From an uncultured delta proteobacterium (GTDB lineage Bacteria > Desulfobacterota > Binatia > UBA9968), in the NCBI GenBank assembly GCA_963816145.1, contig CAWFJP010000030.1, positions 192,001 to 256,000 of the forward strand: a DNA stretch of 64,000 nt, in the 5' to 3' direction. Numbering within the stretch: the first letter of the stretch is position 1; each line of letters starts with the position of its first letter. The position numbers and the translations under genes were made by a program. Positions 20,408 to 30,167 of this stretch are shown here, in pieces. The notes beneath the pieces were generated by a model, which did not search any database, had not been told where the DNA came from, and saw nothing but the letters and a program-made list of their open reading frames with translations.

Positions 20408-21331
20408 ATGATCATCGACTGGCATGCCCATGTTTATCCGCCCGAGTTGGCGAAAGAGCGGCGCTGGGGCGGCGCGTCGCCGCTGACCATTGAAAACCTC
20501 CTCGAAGCCCATGAAAAAGCCGGCATCGAGCGCTGTGTGGTCAGCAACACGATTCATTACTTGAAAGACAAAACCGCCGACGAGTCGCTCGCCTTCCTGC
20601 GCCGCTGGAACGAATACGGCGCGGAGATTCAGCAAAAATTTAAAGATCGCATTATCGTTTTCACCAGCACGATCCCCTGCGGCGGCGTGCCGTTCAACAA
20701 AGAATTGGAGCGCGCCATCACCGAGTACGGCCTGCGCGGCGTGCTGATCAATTCGAGCCACCAGCATGCCTATCCCGACGATGACGAAGCCAAGCCGTTT
20801 TTCGAACTGGTATCGGGCCTCGGCATCCCGATGATGATGCACGCGCCGTCGGTCGGTTACGGCGAGGAGCGCATGCGCGACTACCGGCTGGCGTCGAGTG
20901 TCGGCCGGCCCTTCGATGAATGCTTGAGCATCGCGCGCATGATCGTGCGGGGCGTGTTCGAGCGCCACCCGAATTTGAAATTCGTCGGCTGTCACCTGGG
21001 CGGCGGCATCTGCGACGTCATCGGCCGCATGGACTACGCCTACGAGCTGGGCGATCAAGCCTCGGGGCTGGGCAGCTACGAACCCATGCTGATCACGAAA
21101 AAGCCCAGCGAATATTTGAAAACCCTTCACATGGACACGGTCGCCTACCACCCGCCGGCGGTGATGTGCGCTTATCAAACCGTAGGCGCCAGGCAACTGC
21201 TCTTTGGCAGCGACGCGCCGCCGCTCTTGTCGCTGCTGCCGCGCGCCAAGCAGCTCATCGAAGAGCTGCCAATCGGCGCCGCCGAGCGCGAAGCGATCTT
21301 CAGCGGCAATGCCCTGCGCTTGCTCGGGTGA
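20408..21331 (+). CDS. Amidohydrolase_2, ACMSD/decarboxylase-like
   Basis: IIDWHAH, MHAP, HLGGG, LFGSDAP, GNALRLL. Confidence 0.85.
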   Translation: MIIDWHAHVYPPELAKERRWGGASPLTIENLLEAHEKAGIERCVVSNTIHYLKDKTADESLAFLRRWNEYGAEIQQKFKDRIIVFTSTIPCGGVPFNKELERAITEYGLRGVLINSSHQHAYPDDDEAKPFFELVSGLGIPMMMHAPSVGYGEERMRDYRLASSVGRPFDECLSIARMIVRGVFERHPNLKFVGCHLGGGICDVIGRMDYAYELGDQASGLGSYEPMLITKKPSEYLKTLHMDTVAYHPPAVMCAYQTVGARQLLFGSDAPPLLSLLPRAKQLIEELPIGAAEREAIFSGNALRLLG

Positions 21332-21400
21332 CTGCAGCGGGCGATTGACCTTTGACCGAAGGCAAGCTAAGGAAAGCTAAAACCAGCGGAACGAAACAGC

Positions 21401-21691
21401 ATGAGCGCTAATCTGTCATCTCGCACCGGCCTGATCGGCGCCCTGATCATTCTCAGCTTGATCTATGCCGTCGCGCCCATCACCGGAACGGAGCCGGCGG
21501 CAAACCAAAGCATTCGCGAGCTGCTCGAAAAGAGCTAGAAAGAGCGCAAGGGTTTGATGTTCTACGTGAAGGGCCAAACCATCGGCGGCGCGGTGACCAA
21601 AATCGGCACAGACTACGTCGAAGTGAAAAATCAGACCTACAGCCGCATCATCATTCGCTTCGACAGCATCGATGCCATTGCGATTAATTAA
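21401..21691 (+). pseudogene. Small exported protein interrupted by an in-frame TAG (codon 46)
   Basis: MSANLSSRTGLIGALIILSLIYAVAPITGTEPAANQSIRELLEKS*KERKGLMFYVKGQTIGGAVTKIGTDYVEVKNQTYSRIIIRFDSIDAIAIN*; host-like codons on both sides of TAG 21536-21538. Confidence 0.7.
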
Positions 21692-21731
21692 CTGAGCGGC
21701 AAAATATCTCTGGACAACGAAGGGAACCCTC

Positions 21732-22007
21732 ATGGCCGGATTATCCTACGACGATCTGATCGAACCAACGATCGTCAAACAGGTATCGAAAAGCGTCGCC
21801 TACTGCCGCTGCACCCGCAGCAAGAATCTGCCGTTTTGCGACGGTTCCCACGAGGGCACCAATATGCAGCCGGCGATGATAGAGCTTGCCAGCCCGGAAA
21901 CCATCGCCATCTGTCGTTGCTGGAGGTCCAAAGACCACCCCTACTGCGACGGCACCCACGGCAGGTTAGTCAAACCGAAAGAACGCCCGCCCAGAGCCCA
22001 TGGTTAA
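21732..22007 (+). CDS. Tandem CDGSH iron-sulfur domain protein
   Basis: CRCTRSKNLPFCDGSH and CRCWRSKDHPYCDGTH. Confidence 0.92.
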   Translation: MAGLSYDDLIEPTIVKQVSKSVAYCRCTRSKNLPFCDGSHEGTNMQPAMIELASPETIAICRCWRSKDHPYCDGTHGRLVKPKERPPRAHG

Positions 22008-22053
22008 TATGGTCCAAGCCCATCGAGCTCCTGTGCGTTAGGCAACCTGTCCA

Positions 22054-22087
22054 TTGGAACGATTGGAACATTTGCAACGATTGGAAC
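22054..22087. repeat. 9-mer tandem TTGGAACNA
   Basis: ttggaacga ttggaacat ttgcaacga ttggaac. Confidence 0.65.
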
Positions 22088-22106
22088 AAAACCGAGGAGG
22101 TTATTT

Positions 22107-22493
22107 ATGGTTGAAATGAAAAATCCGGTTAAGGAAGCCGACGGTAATCCAGAGATCGGCCATCTCCAGCTCTGGCGCACCGACTTAGCCTACTACTGGG
22201 TGATCAACTGCGAGCCGGGCCTGCAAGATGACATGCATTATCACGACAACGACGACCACATCTTCATGGTCCTCGAAGGCCGGTGCATTGTGCGCACGCC
22301 GCACAAAGAGTTCGACTTGAAACAATTCGACACCGTGCTGCTCAAGTCCGGCGATTCCTATCAGCTCTGCAATCCCGGTCCGGGCAGAATGCTATTACTG
22401 GGCGCCGGCAACAGCCATGTCGATGGCAAGCCGCGCTCCCGCGTGCCGAAGATTCCCAGCCACACGCCAATGAAGCAGCCGGTCGTGGCCTAG
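22107..22493 (+). CDS. Cupin domain protein
   Basis: MHYHDNDDHIF.VLEG; GAGGAGG RBS. Confidence 0.8.
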   Translation: MVEMKNPVKEADGNPEIGHLQLWRTDLAYYWVINCEPGLQDDMHYHDNDDHIFMVLEGRCIVRTPHKEFDLKQFDTVLLKSGDSYQLCNPGPGRMLLLGAGNSHVDGKPRSRVPKIPSHTPMKQPVVA

Positions 22494-22602
22494 CGATCTG
22501 ACGCGTACTTCACCCGCAGCTGCGACTCTTCCGTCGTACGAATCGACTAGATAGGCTGCCGCGCCCGTTTGATTTGCAAAAAGGTTGGGTGACGCCAACC
22601 AC

Positions 22603-22642
22603 AAAAAAAACCGGCGGTGCATGAACTCACGCACTGCCGGTT
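22603..22642 (-). terminator. Rho-independent terminator of the Tim44-domain gene
   Basis: Minus strand aaccggcagtgc-gtgagttcat-gcaccgccggtt followed by a T run. Confidence 0.75.
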
Positions 22643-22664
22643 CGAACTGGTCTAGGTAATCGAC

Positions 22665-23648
22665 TTAGGCCTGCTGCACCGCTGTCAGCTTCCAGCCATT
22701 CGGCCCCACAGGGCGGCTGAAGGTCCAGAACTCCTCGAACTCCACCGGGTCGCTGTCACTACCGTTCAGCACCTTGCCGCTCTTCTCATCGACAGTGAAA
22801 TCGAGCAAGTTGGCATGTAAGCGCACGGTGATGAAGTCCTCGCCGCTCTCGGTCCAGACTTCGGTGATCTCACTCTCGCGCAGGGCTATATTGTCCATGC
22901 GATTGCGCTGGCCGCGCAACTTGTGCTGAGCCAACTCTTCTTCCCAGCTTTTCATCAACTCGCCGCCGCAGAGCGTGCGCAGAGCGGTAACATCCTGCTT
23001 GTTCCAAGCGCCTTGGATCTTGAAAAAACTATCCTGCGCGGTTTTCAAAAACTTGTTGGCGTCGAAGCCCGGATCCATCATCGTCAGCGAGCGATAGTCG
23101 GCACCGTTGAAAGGCAGCGGCTCCTGCACGGGCGGATTGCCGGAATAACTCGGCGACGGCGCTTGATAGGAACTGTCTTGATACGGCATCGAGCCGCCGC
23201 CCGTCGCGAGAGCCGGCGTAGTGGCTGATTTGTATTTGCGATAGAGAAAAAACGCCAAGCCGCCGAACAGCAAGATTTCCAGCATGCCAAAGCCGCTGCC
23301 GCCGAGACCGCCGCCGAAACCGCTGGCACCAGCCAAACCCGAAAACAGCATCGAGCCCAAGAACCCGCCGAGCACGGCCGTGCCCAAGCCGCGCATAAAG
23401 CCGCCCGGTTGCGGCATCATCGGCGTCGGTTGCCGCGCCTGTTGTTGCGGCATGGCATCCTGTCGTTGTGGCGATGTCGGAGTTGTCGAGCGACTTGGAG
23501 CTTGGTAACTGCGCGAACCGCGGAAACCGCCGGAGCGGCCGCCGCCGGCACGCGCCTCGGCCAAAGTTTCAAGAGCAATTTGGCTCAGCGCGAAGACCGC
23601 GAAAAGCCCCACGGCCATGACAAATGATTTACGCTGGGGAATGGACAT
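22665..23648 (-). CDS. Tim44 domain-containing protein
   Basis: ARAGGGRSGGFRGSRS, Gly-rich TM region, FFKIQGAW, EFEEFWTFSRP..W.L..VQQ; AGGAGG RBS before ATG 23648. Confidence 0.9.
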   Translation of the reverse strand: MSIPQRKSFVMAVGLFAVFALSQIALETLAEARAGGGRSGGFRGSRSYQAPSRSTTPTSPQRQDAMPQQQARQPTPMMPQPGGFMRGLGTAVLGGFLGSMLFSGLAGASGFGGGLGGSGFGMLEILLFGGLAFFLYRKYKSATTPALATGGGSMPYQDSSYQAPSPSYSGNPPVQEPLPFNGADYRSLTMMDPGFDANKFLKTAQDSFFKIQGAWNKQDVTALRTLCGGELMKSWEEELAQHKLRGQRNRMDNIALRESEITEVWTESGEDFITVRLHANLLDFTVDEKSGKVLNGSDSDPVEFEEFWTFSRPVGPNGWKLTAVQQA

Positions 23649-23752
23649 AGATACTCTTCCTCCTAAGGAGTTTGATCTCAGTGCCGGAAGTCTAACCATG
23701 CCAAGAAATCGAGTCAATGCACTATTTTTAATAATTCCCAAGCGAAAAATGC

Positions 23753-25066
23753 GTGTCCACGAGAGACCAAGACACTGGTTTCGGCGTTGCCTTTTTCAGC
23801 CTGTTATGGCACTTGAGCCCAACCGTGGCCGAATCCAAGTGGTATCAAGAACTCACGACCTACCAGTGGCGCGTGCTGCTGTGCGCTTGCCTGGGTTGGG
23901 CGCTCGACATCATGGACGGCTACCTATACGCCATCATCCTGTTCCCCGCCATGAGCGACTTACTCGGCACCGCCGAGAGTGCCGTTATCGGCTGGTACGG
24001 CGGCATTGTCCTGAGCATCTTTATGATCGGCTGGGCCCTGGGCGGGCTGATCTTCGGTCCCATCGCCGACCGCTACGGTCGCGCCAAAACCATGGCGATT
24101 ACGATCCTGATCTACGCCACTTTCACCGGCCTCTGCGGTATCGCCAGTGGCTGGTGGGAGTTGGCGATCTTCCGGTTCCTCACCGGCTTGGGCATCGGCG
24201 GCGAGTGGGCCGCCGGCGCAGCGCTCATCGCCGAGAGTTTTCCGGAAAAATCGCGCGCCAAGGCCGCGGGCATTATGCAAGCCTCGGGCGGCCTCGGCTT
24301 TTTTCTCGCCACGGCGCTTTATTTGATCATCGGACCCTACGGCTGGCGCTGGGTCTTTGCCCTCGGCGTCTTGCCCGCCATCGTGGCCTTCTACGTGCGT
24401 CACTCGTTGGAAGAGCCGGCGCGCTGGACCCAATCCAAACAGACCGGCAACCCCTATCCCGCCCTATTTGCACGCGGGGTACGCCGCGATGTGCTGGTCG
24501 GCACCGGCCTCGCCGTGGTCGCGACCTTCGGCTATCAAGGTGCGGTGCAATGGGTCCCCAGCTGGATCGCCGCCATGCTCCACGCCCAGGGCGCCCGCGC
24601 GGTGATCCCCCAGGTAAGTTTGATCACGACGACTCTAACCACCGGCGGCATCATCGGCTGCCTGTGCATGCCGTTCATCGCCGAGCGCTGGGGGAGAAAG
24701 GGCGCGTTGTTTATTTATTTCCTCGGCGCGTTGCTCACTGTGCCGACGACCTTTTTGTTCGCCAAGGAGTTCAACCACGCCGTCTTCGCTTCGCCGGTGA
24801 TGGGCTTTTTCGCCGCCGGCGTGACCACCGCCTTCGCGATCTATTTGCCGGAACTTTTCCCGACCAAAATTCGCGCCACGGCACAAGGCTTTTGCTTCAA
24901 CTTCGCCCGCTTCTTTTCCGCCGCAGGCCCGCTGCTCGCCGGAGTGCTCACCTCCGCCCACGGCTCCTTCGCCCCCGCGATCGCCATTGTCGGTATGGTT
25001 TACTTGCTGGGTTTGATAGTTTTGATTTTCGCGCGGGAAACTCGCGGACAGCCATTGCCTGAATAA
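23753..25066 (+). CDS. MFS transporter (aromatic acid/sialate-like)
   Basis: GWALDIMD, GPIADRYGR, RFLTGLGIGGEW, PELFPT.IRAT. Confidence 0.9.
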   Translation: MSTRDQDTGFGVAFFSLLWHLSPTVAESKWYQELTTYQWRVLLCACLGWALDIMDGYLYAIILFPAMSDLLGTAESAVIGWYGGIVLSIFMIGWALGGLIFGPIADRYGRAKTMAITILIYATFTGLCGIASGWWELAIFRFLTGLGIGGEWAAGAALIAESFPEKSRAKAAGIMQASGGLGFFLATALYLIIGPYGWRWVFALGVLPAIVAFYVRHSLEEPARWTQSKQTGNPYPALFARGVRRDVLVGTGLAVVATFGYQGAVQWVPSWIAAMLHAQGARAVIPQVSLITTTLTTGGIIGCLCMPFIAERWGRKGALFIYFLGALLTVPTTFLFAKEFNHAVFASPVMGFFAAGVTTAFAIYLPELFPTKIRATAQGFCFNFARFFSAAGPLLAGVLTSAHGSFAPAIAIVGMVYLLGLIVLIFARETRGQPLPE

Positions 25067-25128
25067 TTCGTCAACGTGCAGTTAGCGAACCAACCCTGCA
25101 ACGGCCGGGAAGTCGAGCGCGAGTGTTT

Positions 25129-26406
25129 TTATTCGGCAGACTTCGGCTCCAGGGCGCGCGCGGCTTCATGCTGCATCGCTTCGGCGCGTTGCCGGCGGCT
25201 GACGATCAACAAAGCGGCCGCGGCGGTGGTGCAAACGACACCGCAGACCGCGAAGGTCCAGTCGATGCCGATGGCGGAAGCCGAGGTGCCAATGATCAAA
25301 CCGCCGAGGGACCACAACCCGCGGTCCATGAAGAACAAGCTCAAGACTCGCCCGAGTAATTCCTGCGGCGTTGCGGTTTGAATCACCGTATTGGTCAACG
25401 CCCGCTCGCCCACCTGGCAAAAACCCACCATGGCCAAAAACAAAATCGACAAAATAAACGAATGAGAAAAGGCGAACAGGGTCAAAGACAGCGCGAATCC
25501 GAGCACGCAAAAACAGATCGAGCGGGTGCCGACGCGTAGTTTATTCACCGTGGCGAGCGACAAGGATGCCACCGTGGCGCCGATTCCTGGCGCGGACATG
25601 AGTATGCCGAATCCCGACGCGCCGACATGCAGCACATTGGTCGCGAACATCGGCAAAAACCGGTTATAGGGCGCGCCGAACAGCGCCATGACGTAGGAAA
25701 TCCCGACAATATAGAGCATGCGGCGGTTGCCGCGGAGATAGACAAATCCCTCCTTGATGTCGGCCAACAAGCCTTGCTTGTGGTGGCGACCTTCCCAGGG
25801 CGGCAGTTCCATCTGATAGAGATTGAAAATCAGATAAACAAAACTGAGCGCGTTGATCAGAAAACAGCCGGCGATGCCGATGTAGGCAATAATCAAACCA
25901 CCCGCCGACGGCCCCATGATTTTCGAGAAATTGAAGACCGAGGACTGCAAGCCGATGGCGTTGAGCAGCTCATCCTTCGGTACCAAACTGTTGACCAGCG
26001 ATTGCCGCGCCGTCTGGTTGATCGTGTTGACGACACCGAGAAAGAAGGCCAGAAGAGCGATATGCCAGAGTTCGATTCCTTCAAACTTCACCAGCAGCCA
26101 ATAGGTGAATGCTTGCAACATTGCCAAGCTTTGCGTGATCATCAAGACGCGCCGACGGTCGAACCGATCGGCGATGGCGCCGCCCACGGCGCCGATCAGA
26201 AGCCGTGGCACGGTGTCGAATACCGCGATCACACCGATGGCGACCGGCGATTGCGACAGATGCCACACCAACCAGCTCTGCGCGACGTTCTGCATGAAAT
26301 CGCCGGAGCTGGAAACCAAAGCCCCTTCCATCAATAGACGGAAGTTCCGATGGCGCAGGGAACGGAGAGTTCTCAATGATGACAGCGACAGCATGATGTT
26401 CGACAA
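25129..26406 (-). CDS. MFS transporter (MFS_3 type)
   Basis: SLRHRNFRL, AQSWLV, GAIADRFDRR, LLGRVLS. Confidence 0.9.
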   Translation of the reverse strand: MSNIMLSLSSLRTLRSLRHRNFRLLMEGALVSSSGDFMQNVAQSWLVWHLSQSPVAIGVIAVFDTVPRLLIGAVGGAIADRFDRRRVLMITQSLAMLQAFTYWLLVKFEGIELWHIALLAFFLGVVNTINQTARQSLVNSLVPKDELLNAIGLQSSVFNFSKIMGPSAGGLIIAYIGIAGCFLINALSFVYLIFNLYQMELPPWEGRHHKQGLLADIKEGFVYLRGNRRMLYIVGISYVMALFGAPYNRFLPMFATNVLHVGASGFGILMSAPGIGATVASLSLATVNKLRVGTRSICFCVLGFALSLTLFAFSHSFILSILFLAMVGFCQVGERALTNTVIQTATPQELLGRVLSLFFMDRGLWSLGGLIIGTSASAIGIDWTFAVCGVVCTTAAAALLIVSRRQRAEAMQHEAARALEPKSAE

Positions 26407-26581
26407 ATCTCAGCGGTGACAACCCTATTGTTATTCCAAATGCGCCGACAACGCAAAACGTCTTGCGAATCGCTGGTGAATCGGTTGATTCATCCGGCCG
26501 CCGGTCATAGAGTTTAATGCGAATAGATTACTCTAAGGGGACAACGCGGATGTCCTTCGTATCTGGCCTTCCTACGAGATT

Positions 26582-26622
26582 TCCGAATCCGAACCTTGAA
26601 CCTTGAATTTTGAACTCTTGAA
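26582..26622. repeat. 7-mer tandem (CTTGAAC) preceded by TCCGAA x2
   Basis: tccgaatccgaac cttgaac cttgaat tttgaac tcttgaac; same family as 51345. Confidence 0.65.
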
Positions 26623-26639
26623 CAAAGGAGACAAAGCCG

Positions 26640-27158
26640 ATGTTTTCCATGCCCATCGTCAACTTACTGGCTGAAGGCAGCAAACTTGCCGCAACGGGCA
26701 AACGCGTCAACGTCCTGTGGCAGCACGACGACTGTCTCGCCTTCGTCGCGCGCGGGCGAGAATACCGCAGCGAGTTCCATATCAATCCGAGCGACGAAAC
26801 CATGTACATGATCAAAGGCGAAATGCGCCTCCACTACCGCACGCCGGAAGGCAAAGAAGCTGTCGCGGTAATCGCCGAAGGCGCGATGATCTACACCCCC
26901 GCCGGCACACCGCACTCGCCGCGCTTCCCGCCCGACGCCTTCGCGCTTATTTCGGAACGAAAACGCCGCCCCGGCGAGATCGACAAGTTTCACTGGTATT
27001 GCCCGAAGTGCGACACGCTGCTGCACGAACAACAGTTCATCGTCGACGACTACGCCAAAGACCCGGTGTCGAAAGCCTATCGGCAATTTTTTGAAAGTTT
27101 GGAATTCAGAACCTGCAAACAATGCGGCGAAGTCATGCCGGCGCCACAAGCGCTATGA
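26640..27158 (+). CDS. nbaC: 3-hydroxyanthranilate 3,4-dioxygenase family
   Basis: R.EFHINPSDE, PHSPR, ERKR, rubredoxin-like CPKC...CKQC. Confidence 0.85.
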   Translation: MFSMPIVNLLAEGSKLAATGKRVNVLWQHDDCLAFVARGREYRSEFHINPSDETMYMIKGEMRLHYRTPEGKEAVAVIAEGAMIYTPAGTPHSPRFPPDAFALISERKRRPGEIDKFHWYCPKCDTLLHEQQFIVDDYAKDPVSKAYRQFFESLEFRTCKQCGEVMPAPQAL

Positions 27159-27218
27159 CTTCACATCTGGAGCATTGGGAACCAAACAAACAGACTCGAC
27201 GCATTTGTCCACATTGCG

Positions 27219-28202
27219 TTATTTCAATGTACGGGCGAGCTTTTGTGCGATGCTAAAATCAAACACTTGGTCGGGCAGCACCGGCTGTTTCGGCTTCACC
27301 CGCTCGGAAGCGTCCGCGATCATTTGGCGCTGAATATCTTCACTCACCGTGCCGTCGTCCAATAGCGCTGGGCCGGCAATATCATAGACGCGACTAGCGA
27401 TTTTGTCCGGGTCTTTCCCGATGTCCACCCACGGCCCCTTGAGAAACTCAATGGCGTACTTGCGATCGGTTTTGATCAGCCGCATCGCCTTCAACATCGC
27501 GCGCACCACCTTGGTCACCAGCTCGGGCTGCTCGGTCAACATCGCCTTGGTCGTTGCAAGTCCCCCCTGCACCGATCGATACACGTCAGCCGCAGAAACG
27601 AGCTTGCGAAACCCTTCGTCTTGCGCGGTAAACGTCAAGGGCATTTGCAGCGGCGCGGCATCGATCACTTTAGCCTTCAACGCGGTATAGGTAACGTGGC
27701 TGGGGCCAGTTGCAAGAATAGCGACGTCTTCAAGGCGTACGTTATGCGCAATAAGAATTCGGCGCGCGAGTATTTCCGCTAAGGATCCGACTCCGCCGGT
27801 GCCGATTTTCTTGCCTTTCAATTGCTGGACACTGGTAATGTTGGGCTGGACGATGAGGTCGAAAGACGGTTGGTCCGTGACTGCCAATATCACCCTGATG
27901 TCAGCGCCCCTGACAGCGGCGGCGACGGCCGATCCAGTTGCCGAAGCGAACTGCGTGCTGTTTCCCAGAGTGGCCTGTATGGTTTGGATCGCTTGCATCA
28001 CAATCAACTCTACATCGAGACCTTCCTCACGGAAAAAACCGCGCTCCTTGGCGACGAAATAGGGCATCGAAGTCGTGCTTCTCGCCGCCAAGCCCATGCG
28101 CATAGGGATTAGCTTGTCAGCACTCTCAGCCACACCGAGATTCTTAAGAAGGCATGACACGACGATGAAAGCGCCCACTAAGATTGGTCTTAGACTCATC
28201 AT
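27219..28202 (-). CDS. NMT1/SsuA-like substrate-binding protein
   Basis: AKERGFFREEGLDVELI, LKGKKIG, VFDFS; GGAGG RBS before ATG 28202. Confidence 0.85.
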   Translation of the reverse strand: MMSLRPILVGAFIVVSCLLKNLGVAESADKLIPMRMGLAARSTTSMPYFVAKERGFFREEGLDVELIVMQAIQTIQATLGNSTQFASATGSAVAAAVRGADIRVILAVTDQPSFDLIVQPNITSVQQLKGKKIGTGGVGSLAEILARRILIAHNVRLEDVAILATGPSHVTYTALKAKVIDAAPLQMPLTFTAQDEGFRKLVSAADVYRSVQGGLATTKAMLTEQPELVTKVVRAMLKAMRLIKTDRKYAIEFLKGPWVDIGKDPDKIASRVYDIAGPALLDDGTVSEDIQRQMIADASERVKPKQPVLPDQVFDFSIAQKLARTLK

Positions 28203-28346
28203 TGGATCCTCCGAAACTCTGTGCATCACCAAGCGACTTGCGGCCGAATCATGATGATTAGCCAACTTTTGCAAGTTTGAGTCAATGGGCTTTTAAAATC
28301 GGCGCTGCGAAATCATCCCTCGACAATGAGAATTTAGCCGCTCCTA

Positions 28347-28583
28347 CGCTTCCAGCCCAATGCCTTCGCCTTGATCTCAGAAAGAAAACGCCGCCCCGGC
28401 GAGGTCGACAAATTCCATTGGTACTGCCCGAACTGCGACACGCTCCTGCACGAAGAACAGTTCGTCGTCGACGACTACGCCACAGACCCGGTGTCAAAGG
28501 CGTACCAGCGATTCTTTGAGAGTTTAGAATTCAGAACCTGCAAGCAATGCGGCGAAATCATGCCGGCGCCGGATGCGCTTTGA
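28347..28583 (+). pseudogene. Orphan copy 1 of the nbaC 3' half
   Basis: RFQPNAFALISERKRRPGEVDKFHWYCPNCD...CKQCGEIMPAPDAL* matches about 26922-27158; no 5' half. Confidence 0.92.
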
Positions 28584-28653
28584 ATAGGACCCTAGAGAAG
28601 AATTCGCCGCTAGTCAGGATTAGGTCGATGGAGATATCAATTTAATCCTAGCA

Positions 28654-28743
28654 TCAACGAATCACCCGATCCGCTCGCACAAGCACGTTCGGCGGAATCG
28701 TCACACTGATCTGCTTGGCGGCCTTCAGATTGACCACGAGCTC
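28654..28743 (-). pseudogene. C-terminal 29-aa fragment of an ABC_sub_bind-family binding protein
   Basis: ELVVNLKAAKQISVTIPPNVLVRADRVIR*. Confidence 0.8.
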
Positions 28744-28949
28744 ACCTGCGACTGCCCGCTAACGGGCAGCGCAACGTCAAACATGGTGTCTACGACAACT
28801 GCGGCACGCCACCGCAGCTTGGGCAATGCTCCGAGTCAATATCGAACAACACGATTCCGACTTTGAGCCTTCGTCGAAAGGTATAGAGTGACAAAGATCG
28901 AGGTGCTAACGTGACGCCAGCACAAGTCTAGAAACCCACGGAGGCGCAC

Positions 28950-29468
28950 ATGTCCTTCCTTACTGACGAACAGAAAGACCTTGCGAACGAGATCGCCGCC
29001 CTACTGACCGAGCGAGGCGAGACGGTCTGTGTGGCGGAGTCCACCACTGGAGGCCTCGTGTCCGCGGCACTACTGTGGGTGGCCGGAGCGTCCAAGTACT
29101 ACGCCGGTGGCAGCGTGCTCTACACGCTTGTCTCGCGCACGGCGCTGGCGGGTGTGCCGGCATCAATGTTTGAGAACTACCGCGGCACCACGCCGGAGAT
29201 GATCACCGCTATCGCCGACGCCATGCGCCAGCGACTGGGCACCACCTGGTGCATCGCCGAATCCGGCCTCGCCGGCCCCACCCGCGGCCGATCCGGCCTG
29301 CCGCCCGGCCGCACGACGATCTGCGTCTCCGGCCCTGTAACGCGTGTCAACGTGCAGCAGACCGGCCTGCCGGACCGAGAGCCCAACATGATCGCCTTCA
29401 CGACTCTGACGCTACGCTATCTGCGGGACGCGATTAAAGAGGGAGCACTAGTGTCGAGAAATATGTGA
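28950..29468 (+). CDS. CinA/PncC family protein
   Basis: VAESTTGGLVSA.L...GAS.YY.GG..YT, AESGLAGP. Confidence 0.88.
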   Translation: MSFLTDEQKDLANEIAALLTERGETVCVAESTTGGLVSAALLWVAGASKYYAGGSVLYTLVSRTALAGVPASMFENYRGTTPEMITAIADAMRQRLGTTWCIAESGLAGPTRGRSGLPPGRTTICVSGPVTRVNVQQTGLPDREPNMIAFTTLTLRYLRDAIKEGALVSRNM

Positions 29469-29583
29469 TAGCGAGGGCCTTCTGCCATCGCTTCGAGTTC
29501 CCTCTCATGGATGCCCAACGACTCAACGCTCAGCCGCGAGCGGTGCGGGAGTTGACGAACGTAAAGCCGCAACTGTCACGCGC

Positions 29584-29829
29584 CACTCGCCGCGCTTCCC
29601 CCCCGACGCCTTCGCGTTAATTTCCGATCGCAAACGCCGCCCCGGCGAGATCGACAAGTTTCACTGGTATTGCCCGAAGTGCGACACGCTGCTGCACGAA
29701 CAACAGTTCATCGTCGACGACTACGCCAAAGACCCGGTGTCGAAGGCGTATCAGCGTTTCTTTGAGAGTTTAGATTTCAGAACCTGCAAACAGTGCGGCG
29801 AAGTCATGCCGGCGCCGGACGCGCTCTGA
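29584..29829 (+). pseudogene. Orphan copy 2 of the nbaC 3' half
   Basis: HSPRFPPDAFALISDRKRRPGEIDKFHWYCPKCD...MPAPDAL*; 29632-29744 identical to 26961-27073. Confidence 0.93.
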
Positions 29830-30138
29830 TTGCGTACGGGTGTTCGTTCTAGCTTGAAGGTTTGAGATTTGACACGTGAAGGTTCCAATCAATGGAAATT
29901 TTTGAGCAACTGAAACTGTTGGCACTACTCATTGCCGCATTTCCTAATCCTCCCGGGCAATGAATTGAAGTCTATTCCAGAATAGCCTCGACTCGATCCC
30001 AGCGCGACGACAATGACAGACATGTCGACGTGAACGATGACAATGTCACAATCATGCTCGAGAACAATCGCACCGCAATCTATCATAGAAGATCCGTCGC
30101 GGACAAATTTTACCGAAAATTCCGGCGGTGCCATGGAC

Positions 30139-30154
30139 TGGCATTCCTTGTGCA
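30139..30154 (+). promoter_or_regulatory. Possible sigma-54 promoter of the response regulator
   Basis: TGGCATTCCTTGTGCA, GG-N10-GC. Confidence 0.4.
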
Positions 30155-30167
30155 GTTCCTTTCTCTC

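Noticed and set aside
21536-21538. Pyrrolysine or stop-codon reassignment
   Set aside because: TAG is used as a normal stop by several genes here (for example cupin, response regulator, msrB); single case with no pyl genes in view.
23617-25062. 481-aa Arg-rich ORF
   Set aside because: Alternative frame over the MFS gene 23753..25066; no recognisable motifs.
26640-29829. Diversity-generating retroelement (template/variable repeat pair at a gene 3' end)
   Set aside because: Differences between gene and copies involve all four bases and are mostly synonymous, not adenine-specific; no reverse transcriptase in the window. The same applies to the MFS pair.
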